A DNA stretch of 64,000 nucleotides from NCBI GenBank assembly GCA_016297415.1, contig JAEDGQ010000002.1:16172-80171 (forward strand), in the 5' to 3' direction. The DNA comes from Treponema sp. (GTDB lineage Bacteria > Spirochaetota > Spirochaetia > Treponematales > Treponemataceae). The position numbers were made by a program, and so were the translations under genes. The notes under the pieces were generated by a model. The model was not told where the DNA came from. It ran no database searches and saw only the letters and a program-made list of their open reading frames with translations. Shown piece by piece: positions 1-10,127 of this stretch; the stretch's first letter is position 1; the number at the start of each line of letters is the position of its first letter.

Positions 1-1060
1 TTTTCAGATGATCACTAAATGCTGAATCATCTTCATTCCATTTTGCAGGAGCTTTTACAAACAGATAAAAAGCTCCTTCCGGTCTATGGTATTCAAATCC
101 GGCTTTATCAAGAATTGCCATAAGTTTATCTCTTCTAACTTTATAGGAAGAATAATCAACTTTTGCATTCCAGCTCTTTGCAACTACTTTCTGGAAAAAT
201 GCAGGAGAATTTACACAGCCAAGTGTACGAAGACAGAAAGTACAGGCTGTAATAAATTCATCAGCTTCTTCAAGTGAAGGATTTACTGCGATATATCCAA
301 TACGTTCGCCAGGAATAGAAAGATCTTTGGCAAAACTTGTAACAACTACTGCATTGTTATATTTAGGGAAAACAGGAGGAACAACAGCTCCATCGTAAAC
401 AATTGCACGATAAGGTTCATCACAGATGAGATATGGCATGCGTCCACATTTTTCCCCATGGTTTTTTAAAGCATCTGTAAGTTTTGTTATATCGGATTCT
501 GAATAAATTTTTCCTGTAGGGTTATTTGGTGTATTAATGAGAACAGCGGCTGTTTTTTTTGAAAGTTTCTGAGCCATTGCTTCAACATCAAGACTAAAAT
601 CTTCTTTTGCAGGAACTTCAATAAGTTTACCACCAAAATTCTTTACATAATGACGATATTCAGCAAAGAATGGCGAAGGCACGATTACTTCGTCTTCGGG
701 GCTAAGAATAGTTTTAAATACACAGTTAAGGGCACTGGCAGCACCAACAGTCATAACTACGTGTTTTCCTTCAAGTTTTACTGTCTGTTCACCACTAACT
801 TTCTCTGCCATTGCAGCACGAGTTTCAGCATATCCGGCATTAGGCATGTAACCATGGCAGCCATGACTTACATTCTGAGCTTCTTCCCTGATAGCTTTGA
901 TGACTTCTTCCGGTGGATCCAGATCTGGATTACCAAGAGAAAAATCAAATACATTGTCATCTCCATACTGTTTTTTCAGCTGGATACCTTCTTCAAACAT
1001 CTTACGAATTACAGATGCACCTTTTGAATTTATAGATTCTTTAATTTGAGGATTAATCAT
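1..1060 (-). CDS. PLP-dependent class I aminotransferase (aspartate aminotransferase-like), 3' end runs off the window
   Basis: Not in the ORF track. Manual minus-strand translation from ATG at 1060 gives MINPQIKES...FDFSLGNPD...GYMPNAG...NTPNNPTG...CDEPY...SFAKDLSIPGERIGY, the fold-type I motifs. Frame is open to the window edge. Confidence 0.9.
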   Translation of the reverse strand, partial: MINPQIKESINSKGASVIRKMFEEGIQLKKQYGDDNVFDFSLGNPDLDPPEEVIKAIREEAQNVSHGCHGYMPNAGYAETRAAMAEKVSGEQTVKLEGKHVVMTVGAASALNCVFKTILSPEDEVIVPSPFFAEYRHYVKNFGGKLIEVPAKEDFSLDVEAMAQKLSKKTAAVLINTPNNPTGKIYSESDITKLTDALKNHGEKCGRMPYLICDEPYRAIVYDGAVVPPVFPKYNNAVVVTSFAKDLSIPGERIGYIAVNPSLEEADEFITACTFCLRTLGCVNSPAFFQKVVAKSWNAKVDYSSYKVRRDKLMAILDKAGFEYHRPEGAFYLFVKAPAKWNEDDSAFSDHLK

Positions 1061-1142
1061 AATAAGATATTATACCACATTTATTCTTGTATATGTAACT
1101 TATTGAGAAATCAACGTTTTTTTAGTATATTTGGAGGTAATT

Positions 1143-1865
1143 ATGACAAAGCTTACTAAATTAACAGTTTTACTTCTCACTATTTCAACTTCTCTTTTTG
1201 CAGATCCTTTTAATTCAAACCTTTCTGCTTCAGAAAGATCCCGTCTTGAAAACGGTGAAGTAATTATCAAAAACATTGATTCAATGAAAGATGTTTGTAT
1301 GAAAGAAACTCCAGAAACAAAAAAGATTCTTTCTACAATGAAAAAACTTGATCCGACTTATGTTGCCGAGATTATTAAAGTCATTCCTTATGAAGGAAAT
1401 GAAGATTTACGGGACAAAATCAATTTAATTCTTTTAAGAGTAAAGGATTATGTTGGTATTCCATATTATTCAGAACGGACCAAAAAATGGTATGATCTGT
1501 ACAGCGCAGCTGAAATCACAAATGCAACAATCAAAAATGAATTAACTCAGATTGACTGTAATTTCACTATGTCGCCTTTCGGAAAATTCAAGTCAAAAAT
1601 CGAAATCATTGAAGCTCCCGATTATTATTTTTACACAACAAGAAACATGGAAAAACTTGTTTATCATAACAAATTCACAGCTGTAAAACCTGAAAAAATG
1701 GTTTCCTGCATCACTGTATTCAGAGATGGTGATAACTGGATTCTTTATGCTATAGGTGGAGCTGCAATTCCTAAATTATTTTTCCTGGAAGACAGAGTTG
1801 AAACTTCTTTTATGAACAGAATTAAAACTTTCTGTGACTTTGTTTTCAAAAAACTGGATAAATAA
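1143..1865 (+). CDS. Exported hypothetical protein (resembles spirochaetal DUF6675-type proteins)
   Basis: ATG 1143 follows GGAGG; signal peptide ...LLLTISTSLFA; GIPYYSER motif. Confidence 0.6.
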   Translation: MTKLTKLTVLLLTISTSLFADPFNSNLSASERSRLENGEVIIKNIDSMKDVCMKETPETKKILSTMKKLDPTYVAEIIKVIPYEGNEDLRDKINLILLRVKDYVGIPYYSERTKKWYDLYSAAEITNATIKNELTQIDCNFTMSPFGKFKSKIEIIEAPDYYFYTTRNMEKLVYHNKFTAVKPEKMVSCITVFRDGDNWILYAIGGAAIPKLFFLEDRVETSFMNRIKTFCDFVFKKLDK

Positions 1866-1871
1866 ACAAAA

Positions 1872-3116
1872 ATGGAATCTTTGACTGTTACAGCTGAAAA
1901 AATTGTTTTTGGCGGAAGTTGTCTTGCCAGAGTAAACGGAAAAAATGTTTTTATTCCCTATGCAATTCCAGGGGAAAAGCTTGAAATTGAAATTACCAAA
2001 ACATTCCGTGATTACGATCTGGCAAAAATCATAAAAGTTATTGAGCCTTCACCTTACAGAATCATGCCTTTCTGTCCCCTTTACGGGAAATGTGGCGGAT
2101 GCAACATGCAGCATATTCAGATTGATTATCAGCGTGAACTCCGCAAACAGATGCTGAAAGACTGTTTTGAACGTGAAGGTCTTAAATGCCCGGAAATTGA
2201 AATTATTTCAGGAAGCGATAAGAACTACAGGGCAAGACTTCAGCTTACAGACGGTGGCCTTAATGAAAAAGATTCTAATACAATTGTTGAACTGGAAAAC
2301 TGCCCTGTGGCAACAAAAGCCATCAATGATTACCTGAAAAAAACACCTCAGGCTCTTCGTCCAGAAGGCAGAGTACACTTTTTTGGAGACCAGAGAATTA
2401 TTTCTTCAGATGATGCAGAAAATCCTTCCCTTATTATTGCAAACGAAGAAAAAGCCGATTTATGGCAGCAGAAACGTGTGGGTAAATCAAAAAAACAGCC
2501 TAAAAATAAAGTAAAACAGCGTTTTGCCGGTACATCAGGTGTAATGAAAAACAACTGTACAATCCGCCTCAAAGATAAATTAATCCAGTTTGATGTTCAG
2601 GGATTCTTCCAGTCAAATATGGAAGTTCTTGAAAAAACAATTGATGCAATTACTTATAATATGGGGGGAGAAATTGTTCTTGATATGTATTCTGGAGCAG
2701 GTACTTTTTCTGTATTTCTTGCTGATATTTTCAAGAAAACAATTCTTGTTGAACATAACAGAGATGCACTGGTACATGCCGAAATCAACATGTCTGGAAA
2801 ACCTCACGAAACTTATGGTTTAAGCGGAGCAAAATGGGTTCAGACAAATGCCCCTATGATTCTTGCAAAAAACGGACCATTTGATGCAGTTGTAATTGAT
2901 CCTCCAAGATCAGGTATGGAAAAAGAAGTGTGTGACTGGCTGTGCAAAAACAAAACAGGACAGATTAGAAGCGTTTCCTGTGATCCATCCACACACGCCC
3001 GTGATGCCTTAAAACTTGTAAAATCGGGTTATGAACTTACAAAACTTTATCTTCTTGATTTTTATCCTCAGACTGCCCACATCGAAAGCCTTGCTTACTT
3101 TGAATATACGGAATAA
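1872..3116 (+). CDS. rlmD: 23S rRNA (uracil-5)-methyltransferase, RlmD/RumA family with TRAM domain
   Basis: N-terminal TRAM domain, CPLYGKCGGC Fe-S motif, FFQSN, LDMYSGAG, DPPRSG, catalytic SCDP, FYPQTAHIE. Confidence 0.85.
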   Translation: MESLTVTAEKIVFGGSCLARVNGKNVFIPYAIPGEKLEIEITKTFRDYDLAKIIKVIEPSPYRIMPFCPLYGKCGGCNMQHIQIDYQRELRKQMLKDCFEREGLKCPEIEIISGSDKNYRARLQLTDGGLNEKDSNTIVELENCPVATKAINDYLKKTPQALRPEGRVHFFGDQRIISSDDAENPSLIIANEEKADLWQQKRVGKSKKQPKNKVKQRFAGTSGVMKNNCTIRLKDKLIQFDVQGFFQSNMEVLEKTIDAITYNMGGEIVLDMYSGAGTFSVFLADIFKKTILVEHNRDALVHAEINMSGKPHETYGLSGAKWVQTNAPMILAKNGPFDAVVIDPPRSGMEKEVCDWLCKNKTGQIRSVSCDPSTHARDALKLVKSGYELTKLYLLDFYPQTAHIESLAYFEYTE

Positions 3117-3124
3117 AACCCCTG

Positions 3125-4909
3125 ATGAAAAAGTCATGCCCTTTTAACAATATAAAATCTCTTAAATTGTCTAAAAAAATATACTTTTTTATCCTGTTTT
3201 CACTATTTTTGGTTAATCTTCAGGGAGAAAGTCCTCTCCGTTCCGTGGATTTATCAAAACAAAAACCTTCATGGCAGGCTGTTATTGGAGGAGAAGCCGT
3301 AGCCCCTGCCGTTGAAACTTCTTACGGCTTTGCCGTTGTCAGTGACGGACGCATGGTAAGCACCTGTACTTCCCGTGGTAATGTTATGTGGCAGAAAGGT
3401 GTAAAAGGCCGTCCTTCAAACTGGTTTTCTGCCTGGGGTGATTTTCTTTATTTAGTCACAAACAAATCAATACTGAACCTTGTAAATCCCAGCGGATACA
3501 CAGTATGGTCAAAGGATTGTGGATTTGAAGTAACTGCCGCCCCAGTTACAGGATGGGATGGAAGAATCTTTGTTCAGGGAAATGAAAACCTTTCCTGCTA
3601 TGGATACAATGGTGTTCTAAAGTGGAATATCTCTGTTTCTCCCCTTAATTCCCTTCCTTTATGTCAGTTTTCTGACGGCAGCCTTATAGTTTTTCTTGCA
3701 AAAACAAAAGATTCAAAAACTACAGGACTTCACATTAGTCCCTTCGGAAAAATAATCGAAGAAATTACTTTTGCCGGTCAAATCATTACAGCAGCACAGT
3801 GTGAAAATGGCATTTTGATGACTTTTTCCGATGGTTCTTTTGGACTTTGTACAGTCGAAAACAAAGCAGCAGTTTCAAAATGGGTACAGCATGATTCAAG
3901 AGCCTCCGGCGGTATTCCCTGTATTATAAGTTCTCAAGATAAATCAGCTCTTCTTTACAATATTGACCATCAGTTAAAAGTTTTAATCATTGAAAACAAA
4001 ACAGGAAATCTTCTTAACAGTTTTAATGCCGGCAAAATCAACGCCACCAGTCTCAAACATTTCAGAGCTACAGACGGAGGATTTTTCGTTTCCGATTACT
4101 CAAGAGCCATTGAATTTACAGAAGATGGAACAATCAACTGGGAAGCTTCTCTCCCTTCATCAAACCTGTGGAAGTACATGATTTATACTTCAAATAACCA
4201 GATTCTTATCTGTATGAATGACTGGGTTTTAAATGCCTTTGTAATGAGCCAGACTATAAATTCAAAAACAGAAAAAAAAGTTTCCGCAAAAAAATATATT
4301 ACTCCATCAAAACTGATTCAAAAATATGACGGAGTAATTTATTCAACACCTTCCCTGGCACATTTTCAGGAAATTAACAGCATCTTAACCCGGGATAATT
4401 ATGGTGAACAAGAAGAACAGATTTGTTCAGAATTAAAAGAACAGACTGAAAACTACCTTTCTGAATTAAAAAGCCACACAGGAATCAGTCACAATAATCA
4501 CACATATTATTCTACAAATCCTCTCTTTACACAGACTATTCTTGATTCAATTTCTAAAACAGGAACTAATCTTTTTGTTTCTGACATTGCAGAGCTCCTT
4601 ACCCTTGAAGATGATCCGCTGCTGTTAAATTCGCTTATCGTTACTGCCGGAAACAACGGATTTGATCAGAACGGTAGAATTCTCCATGCTTTTGAACATG
4701 TTACTGTCAAAAAAATTTCAAAGAAAGACTTTAATTCCGCTAAACTTCTCTGTGATTCAACTTATGAAATCGTTAAGTTTATGGGTCGTCCGGCCCTCTA
4801 CAAACAGGGAAAGGCAATTCTGGCAAATTTTATGAATCCGCAGTATGACAAACCAATCAGGGATTATGCCCGTGCTACACTCACAAAAATAGTTGAACTG
4901 GAAATGTAA
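3125..4909 (+). CDS. Exported PQQ-like beta-propeller repeat protein with helical C-terminal domain
   Basis: Signal/TM segment followed by repeated G..W units (GNVMWQ, GYTVWS, GVLKWN, GTINWE). Confidence 0.6.
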   Translation: MKKSCPFNNIKSLKLSKKIYFFILFSLFLVNLQGESPLRSVDLSKQKPSWQAVIGGEAVAPAVETSYGFAVVSDGRMVSTCTSRGNVMWQKGVKGRPSNWFSAWGDFLYLVTNKSILNLVNPSGYTVWSKDCGFEVTAAPVTGWDGRIFVQGNENLSCYGYNGVLKWNISVSPLNSLPLCQFSDGSLIVFLAKTKDSKTTGLHISPFGKIIEEITFAGQIITAAQCENGILMTFSDGSFGLCTVENKAAVSKWVQHDSRASGGIPCIISSQDKSALLYNIDHQLKVLIIENKTGNLLNSFNAGKINATSLKHFRATDGGFFVSDYSRAIEFTEDGTINWEASLPSSNLWKYMIYTSNNQILICMNDWVLNAFVMSQTINSKTEKKVSAKKYITPSKLIQKYDGVIYSTPSLAHFQEINSILTRDNYGEQEEQICSELKEQTENYLSELKSHTGISHNNHTYYSTNPLFTQTILDSISKTGTNLFVSDIAELLTLEDDPLLLNSLIVTAGNNGFDQNGRILHAFEHVTVKKISKKDFNSAKLLCDSTYEIVKFMGRPALYKQGKAILANFMNPQYDKPIRDYARATLTKIVELEM

Positions 4910-5017
4910 ATTCTTCCTCATATAGCGAAACTTTTTTACATTCTTCCATAATATAAAATGCGAAAAATTGAAATTTATGATATAATTTTTAAGGTATATT
5001 TAATTCTGGAGGATTAA

Positions 5018-6649
5018 ATGAAACTCAATAAAGTATTTTTTGCAGCCGCAGCATTATCTGTTTTTACAGTTTCACTTTTTGCCCTTGATGTTAACAAAAA
5101 TGAACTTGAAACAGTTGCTGAAGACGCAGTAGTTTTCGAAAACTACACAGGTCCACATTCTGTTATTAACACAGCAGATGAAATTTCTTCCATCGGTTCT
5201 TCTCTAGGTGATTCAATTAAAAAGAATCTCTCAGTTTCAGGAAAGGCCGGCTCTTCTGCTAAATATCAGGTTATTCATGCAATCGACGAAACAGAATCAG
5301 GAAAACTTGACGCCGACATTATCGTAATCGGTTCAGATTCTGCAATTGACCATATCAACAATGTAAGAAGAGTTATTGCAGCATACCTTACTACTACTTA
5401 CGGATATTCAGCATCTGATGCAAAAACAGTTGCCACTTTCGTAACTGTTTACAATGCTGTTTATAGAGGCAACCTTACATACTTTAACCAGAAATACAAA
5501 AAAGTTGTTACAGATAACCTTACATCAGACAAAGCCGGTATTGCTTTAAGTTATCGGGACTGGCCTGGAAAGACTCAGCTGGTAATTCCACTTAATGATA
5601 TAAATGGTGGGCTCAGCACAGTTGATACTTCAGTTATTTCTGACAAACAGGTTGTAAAATCTATGCAGGATGATGAAGATAAGGGCGTAAGCACACGTAA
5701 AGAAATGGTAGACATTAAAGAACGTGAAGCAGATAAGGCTCAGGAAAAAGCAGATGCTGCACAGAAAAAAGCAACTGAAGAAACTTCAAAATTAAAAGAA
5801 GAACAGAAAAAGCAGGAAACAACTGCACAGAAAGCTCAGGAAACTAAAAAAGCCGCTGAAGAAGCTGAGAAAAAAGCTCAGGAAAATCCTTCAGACAAAA
5901 AAGCTCAGAAAGAAGCAGCTGAAAAGAAAGCTGAAGCTGAAGAAGCTCAGAAAGTCGCTGATGAACAGGAAAAAGTAACTCAGGAACAAGCTAAAAAAAC
6001 TGAGGAAGCTAAAGAAGAAGCTGCAGCTGCTCAGGCAACAGCAGATACAAAGAGAACAGAAGCTCAGAATGAAAGAACTACAATTGCACAGGATCAGCAG
6101 ACAGTTGTAAGACAGCAGACAGAAAATGCCTCTGCCCCAACAGTTTATGGTCTTAAATCTGTAGATGAACTTGGTGTACTCAGCGAACTTGTAAAAGTAA
6201 ATGCTGACACTGGTGCCGTTATTAAAGAATCTCCTGTTACTGTAATCCGTTCAAGAACTGTTTATGAAGCCGGTGATTCTTATATTGCTATTGCCGGAAC
6301 AAACATCAAAAACGGAACAGTAAAACTTGTTCTTCTCGATAAAGATAACATGGAAATTACAAAAGAAAGCAACGAAACTATTGCTGAAACTTCTGTTCTT
6401 GTAGAAGACGGTGGAAACTATTACTGTGTTATCAAAGATGGCTCTGACTACTTCGTTGGCAAGTTCAATGGAAAAGCAGAAAACCTTCTCAGATCTCCTG
6501 TAAAAGTAAAAGCTGCAACACCAATTACAGTTACTTCAAAAGGACTTATTGTAACTAACAGCAGCAACAAACCTGTACTTCTTAAAACAACAGACCTTAC
6601 ACAGGTTGTAAACGAAGCACAGGAAAACGCAAACTATAACGCTAAATAA
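5018..6649 (+). CDS. P83/100 family periplasmic protein
   Basis: Signal peptide, FENYTGPH, IDHINNVRR, FVTVYNAVYRG, WPGKTQ motifs and a central K/E/A/Q-rich coiled coil, as in spirochaete P83/100 proteins; GGAGG RBS. Confidence 0.85.
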   Translation: MKLNKVFFAAAALSVFTVSLFALDVNKNELETVAEDAVVFENYTGPHSVINTADEISSIGSSLGDSIKKNLSVSGKAGSSAKYQVIHAIDETESGKLDADIIVIGSDSAIDHINNVRRVIAAYLTTTYGYSASDAKTVATFVTVYNAVYRGNLTYFNQKYKKVVTDNLTSDKAGIALSYRDWPGKTQLVIPLNDINGGLSTVDTSVISDKQVVKSMQDDEDKGVSTRKEMVDIKEREADKAQEKADAAQKKATEETSKLKEEQKKQETTAQKAQETKKAAEEAEKKAQENPSDKKAQKEAAEKKAEAEEAQKVADEQEKVTQEQAKKTEEAKEEAAAAQATADTKRTEAQNERTTIAQDQQTVVRQQTENASAPTVYGLKSVDELGVLSELVKVNADTGAVIKESPVTVIRSRTVYEAGDSYIAIAGTNIKNGTVKLVLLDKDNMEITKESNETIAETSVLVEDGGNYYCVIKDGSDYFVGKFNGKAENLLRSPVKVKAATPITVTSKGLIVTNSSNKPVLLKTTDLTQVVNEAQENANYNAK

Positions 6650-6657
6650 TTTAATAT

Positions 6658-6697
6658 AGAAAGAGCAAAGTACCATTCCGGTGCTCCTGCTCTTTCT
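6658..6697. terminator. Hairpin between convergent P83/100 gene and dnaB
   Basis: AGAAAGAGCA...TGCTCTTTCT inverted repeat. Confidence 0.55.
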
Positions 6698-6749
6698 GTT
6701 TTAGAATCATTCAAAAAAAATAAAAAAATCAATTCAACAGTCTTTGATT

Positions 6750-8081
6750 TTAATCTTCAGAAGCCTTGTTTTCAAATTTAGTATAACTTGAAAGGAACAG
6801 AAGATTTACATCGCCGATTGGACCGTTACGCTGTTTTGCAACTATAAGCTTAGCATCCATTACAGGATTCTGATCTTCTTCATCTGTCTTTTTACGGTCA
6901 CGGTGAATAAACATTACAACGTCAGCATCCTGTTCAATAGAACCGGAACCTCTTAACTGAGCCAGAGTTGGTTCTGAACCTTCAGCATCACGGGCTACCT
7001 GACAAAGACAAACAACTGGAATATTAAGTTCCCGGGCAAGAGATTTCAATGACTTTGAAATTTCTGAAATCTGTTCATAAACAGGTGCGGAACTGTTCTG
7101 TGTTGAAATAAGACCAATATAGTCGATGAAAATAATCTGAACACCTTTTGACTGTACCATACGTCTTGCCATAGCACGCAAATCAAGAAGCTGCATGTTT
7201 GGTGTATCTACAATATATAATGGCGATTCAAAAATTCTTCCTGCAGCATCATAAATTTTCTGCAAATCTTCAAGTTTCATCATTCCACTACGAATCTTGT
7301 GTCCTGGAATATGAGCAACCTGAGATAAAAGACGCTGACCAATCTGTTCAAAAGACATTTCCAGAGAGAAGAATCCGCAAGGAATTTTCTGATTAATGGC
7401 AATATTTTCCATCATTGTAAGAGCCATAGCTGTTTTACCCATTGATGGACGGGCACCGATAATACTAAGTTCAGACTTCTGGAAACCACTTGTCATGCTG
7501 TCCAACCTGTTAAATCCACACGGAATACCAGAGAAGGAATTATGATCGTGGTACTGTTTCTGAATAATGCTTGTTGTTTTATCAACAACTTCTTTCATAT
7601 CGTGAATCTGAATAGTCTGCCCCATGTCTGTAAGAGCAAAAATCTTTTTTTCGGCTTCTTCAAGAATGGCACGACTTTCTCGAGTTTCATCAAATGAGGA
7701 TGTTTTAATTTCTGAGGAAATTCTTATAAGACTACGGCGTGTTGCCCTGTCAAATACAACGCGTGCATAATAATCTATGTTTGCAGCAGAAGGAACTTCA
7801 TCTGTAAGGGAAGCAATATATGCAGCTCCACCTGCTTTTTCCAGTTCATTTGCCTTGGAAAGTTCTGTAGTTAAAGTAAGAACATCACCTGTTATACCAC
7901 TACCAAAAAGTTTTATGAGGGCATTGTAAATTATCTGATTCTGCTGTGAATAAAAGTGTTCAGGATGGAGAAATGTAATAATATCTCCAATAGCTTTCCA
8001 GTCCAGCAAAAGTGCACCTAAGGTTGCTTTTTCAGCCTCCAGATTATGTGGTGGTACTGAATCTTTTAATAAATTTTCCAT
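6750..8081 (-). CDS. dnaB: Replicative DNA helicase DnaB
   Basis: PPHNLEAE, GARPSMGKT, FSLEM, IDYIGL, LRGSGSIEQDAD, AKQRNGP; start reassigned to ATG 8081 after a GGGAG RBS. Confidence 0.97.
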   Translation of the reverse strand: MENLLKDSVPPHNLEAEKATLGALLLDWKAIGDIITFLHPEHFYSQQNQIIYNALIKLFGSGITGDVLTLTTELSKANELEKAGGAAYIASLTDEVPSAANIDYYARVVFDRATRRSLIRISSEIKTSSFDETRESRAILEEAEKKIFALTDMGQTIQIHDMKEVVDKTTSIIQKQYHDHNSFSGIPCGFNRLDSMTSGFQKSELSIIGARPSMGKTAMALTMMENIAINQKIPCGFFSLEMSFEQIGQRLLSQVAHIPGHKIRSGMMKLEDLQKIYDAAGRIFESPLYIVDTPNMQLLDLRAMARRMVQSKGVQIIFIDYIGLISTQNSSAPVYEQISEISKSLKSLARELNIPVVCLCQVARDAEGSEPTLAQLRGSGSIEQDADVVMFIHRDRKKTDEEDQNPVMDAKLIVAKQRNGPIGDVNLLFLSSYTKFENKASED

Positions 8082-8125
8082 ATAACAACTCCCCATATAT
8101 TATATTAAAAAATGTAAATAAAGAC

Positions 8126-8156
8126 AAAAAAAGCCGGAAAATTTCCGGCTTTTTTT
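8126..8156 (-). terminator. Rho-independent terminator after rplI
   Basis: A7-GCCGGAAA-A-TTTCCGGC-T7. Confidence 0.85.
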
Positions 8157-8188
8157 ATGCTGTATAGCAGATGTTTGAAGAACTAAAC

Positions 8189-8725
8189 TTATTCAGCTTT
8201 TTCTTCAGTTGCTTCTGGAGCAGCTTCTTCTGCAGCTTCAGCTTTTTTTGCTGGCTTTTCAGCAGCTTTTGTTTCTGTACTCTGAGCTTTTACAGAAATT
8301 TTAACTTCAGCAGTTGTTGTTTCGTAAAGGTGTACTGTACAGTAGTAGTTACCTGTGCTCTTAATTGAGAGACCAGGGATTTCGATACGCTTGCGTTCAA
8401 TTTCGAAACCATTCTTGTTAAGATAGTCAGCAATTGTAACGGTTGAAACAGCACCGTAAAGTTTGCCGTTTGCAGCAGCTGGTACTGTAAGATCGATAAG
8501 AAGTGCTTCAAGCTTTTCTTTTGTGCTTGCAGCAGCAGCACGTTTGTCAGCTTTGCGTTTTTCGATTTCTTCTTTGCGTGATTCGAAGTATTTTACTGTT
8601 TCAGCTGTGTATGGTACAGCAAACATGTGTGGGAAAAGGTAGTTGCGTGCATAACCGTTAGCAACGTTTTTTACATCTCCCATTTCTCCAAGATGTTTAA
8701 CATCTGTGTTAAGAATAACTTTCAT
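8189..8725 (-). CDS. rplI: 50S ribosomal protein L9
   Basis: MKVILNTDVKHLG..GYARNYLFP; Ala/Glu-rich C-terminal tail. Confidence 0.97.
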   Translation of the reverse strand: MKVILNTDVKHLGEMGDVKNVANGYARNYLFPHMFAVPYTAETVKYFESRKEEIEKRKADKRAAAASTKEKLEALLIDLTVPAAANGKLYGAVSTVTIADYLNKNGFEIERKRIEIPGLSIKSTGNYYCTVHLYETTTAEVKISVKAQSTETKAAEKPAKKAEAAEEAAPEATEEKAE

Positions 8726-8797
8726 TTCAAGCTCCTCTTGAATATTTATAAGACAGCGTCACCAGGAGTTGGATCGCTGTCTTAGTTTAATAGATTA

Positions 8798-9118
8798 CTA
8801 TTCTGCAACGAATGGAAGCAGACAGATAGCACGTGCACGTTTGATGTTAAGTGCAAGTTCGCGCTGATGTTTTGCACAAGTACCAGTAATGCGGCGTGGA
8901 AGAATCTTACCACGTTCTGTTGTATAGCGTTTAAGGCCATCAGCATCTTTATAATCGATTTTTGCTTTGTTAGCACAGAAACGGCAAACCTTCTTACGGA
9001 AGAAAGCCTTTCCCTTGCGTCCGCCTCTTTCTTCGCCTTCGCGACCGTCTGAAGCGCCCTGTGTATCTGTTTCGTTTACTTTCTGTTCAACTTCGTTTGT
9101 TGTTACTTCGTCTGACAT
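8798..9118 (-). CDS. rpsR: 30S ribosomal protein S18 (zinc-binding form)
   Basis: [32 protein letters not shown]. Confidence 0.97.
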   Translation of the reverse strand: MSDEVTTNEVEQKVNETDTQGASDGREGEERGGRKGKAFFRKKVCRFCANKAKIDYKDADGLKRYTTERGKILPRRITGTCAKHQRELALNIKRARAICLLPFVAE

Positions 9119-9154
9119 GTTAAGTCTCCTAAAATTAGAATTAATGATTAATCA

Positions 9155-9658
9155 TTAAAATGGGACATCTTCTGCAAAACCACTCAAGCTGTCACCACCA
9201 AAGGATGGTTCCTCAACTGGAGGCTGGTAAGACTGCTGCTGTGGAGCGAATCCGTTGTTCTGTGGAAATCTCGGAGTGTAACCCCCAGGCGCCTGCTGAG
9301 CAGCACCGCCATTTTCCGATCTTCCGCCGAGCAGCATTACGCTGTCTGCAACAATACCAACTTTGCTGAATTTCTGACCGTCTTTTTCCCAACGATCCTG
9401 CTTGAGATAACCTTCTACGGCAATCTGCTTACCCTTTGTAAGATAAGGTTTTAAATTTTCTGCAGTTTTTCCCCAGATTGTTACATCGAAATAATTAGCT
9501 TCATCAACCCACTGATCACCCTGTTTACGGCTGCGATTTACGGCAATGCTGATATTTGCACGAGCCTGTCCGTTTGGTGTGTAAGCGAAATCACGCTGAT
9601 CATTACCAAGATCACGGGTAAGTCTTCCTACAAGTACAACACGATTAATATCTGTCAT
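9155..9658 (-). CDS. ssb: Single-stranded DNA-binding protein
   Basis: INRVVLVGRLTRD OB fold; acidic C-terminus EDVPF. Confidence 0.97.
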   Translation of the reverse strand: MTDINRVVLVGRLTRDLGNDQRDFAYTPNGQARANISIAVNRSRKQGDQWVDEANYFDVTIWGKTAENLKPYLTKGKQIAVEGYLKQDRWEKDGQKFSKVGIVADSVMLLGGRSENGGAAQQAPGGYTPRFPQNNGFAPQQQSYQPPVEEPSFGGDSLSGFAEDVPF

Positions 9659-9700
9659 AAATCACTCCTTTTGTAATCAGTTTCCGATGAAAAACCAGAA

Positions 9701-9991
9701 TTAGTTCTTCTTTTCTTCAAGTTTAACAAAAAGATACTTCAAGAGATTTTTTGTTAATTTGAACTGTTTTTCGATTTCATCGATTTTTGCAGGATTTGCA
9801 TTGATTGTGAAAAGAACGAAGCGGCCACGCTTCTGCTTGTCGATGATGTAAGTTAAATCACGATCGCCATACGATTCTTCTTTATCGATTGTGGCACCAA
9901 AGTTAGCGAGTACAGAGCGAACTGCTTCTGAACCAGCCTTGAATTTGTCTTCTTCTGTTGAGAAAACAATCATAAGTTCATACTTTCTCAT
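9701..9991 (-). CDS. rpsF: 30S ribosomal protein S6
   Basis: MRKYELMIVF..YGDRDLTYII; start ATG 9991 after AAGGAG; rpsF-ssb-rpsR-rplI order. Confidence 0.95.
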   Translation of the reverse strand: MRKYELMIVFSTEEDKFKAGSEAVRSVLANFGATIDKEESYGDRDLTYIIDKQKRGRFVLFTINANPAKIDEIEKQFKLTKNLLKYLFVKLEEKKN

Positions 9992-10000
9992 TTGTATGTT

Positions 10001-10043
10001 CTCCTTATGGTCAAATGGAAGCCGCATACGCAGCCTCAAGGGG
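10001..10043 (-). promoter_or_regulatory. S6:S18 autoregulatory leader RNA
   Basis: CCCUUG-[AGGCUGC GUAU GCGGCUU]-CCAUUUGA-CCAUAAGGAG: outer stem pairs with the SD, inner hairpin, CCR next to the SD, as in the known S6:S18 motif. Confidence 0.75.
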
Positions 10044-10091
10044 TTTCTTAAGATAATATATTTTTTAAGGATTAAGGTCAATATCGTTCAC

Positions 10092-10120
10092 TTGCGAACG
10101 TGCTTTTATAATAGTATAAT
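10092..10120 (+). promoter_or_regulatory. Sigma70-type promoter, probably leaderless transcript
   Basis: TTGCGA-N17-TATAAT, 7 nt before ATG 10128; no SD. Confidence 0.65.
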
Positions 10121-10127
10121 CTGGTTC

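Noticed and set aside
121..240. Possible frameshift in the aminotransferase
   Set aside because: Manual translation stays in frame (FFQKVVAKSWNAKVDYSSYKVRRDKL). It is missing from the track only because it has no stop within the window.
86..1027. Plus-strand ORFs 86-277 and 650-1027
   Set aside because: Antisense shadows of the minus-strand aminotransferase. The other short overlapping ORFs in the track were rejected for the same reason.
5720..6120. Repetitive K/E/A/Q region as a DNA repeat array
   Set aside because: Low-complexity coiled-coil coding sequence of P83/100 with no fixed-period repeat.
9891..10127. 79-aa N-terminal extension of the ankyrin ORF and 30-aa extension of rpsF
   Set aside because: They overlap each other, the S6:S18 leader and the promoters; better starts are 10128 and 9991.
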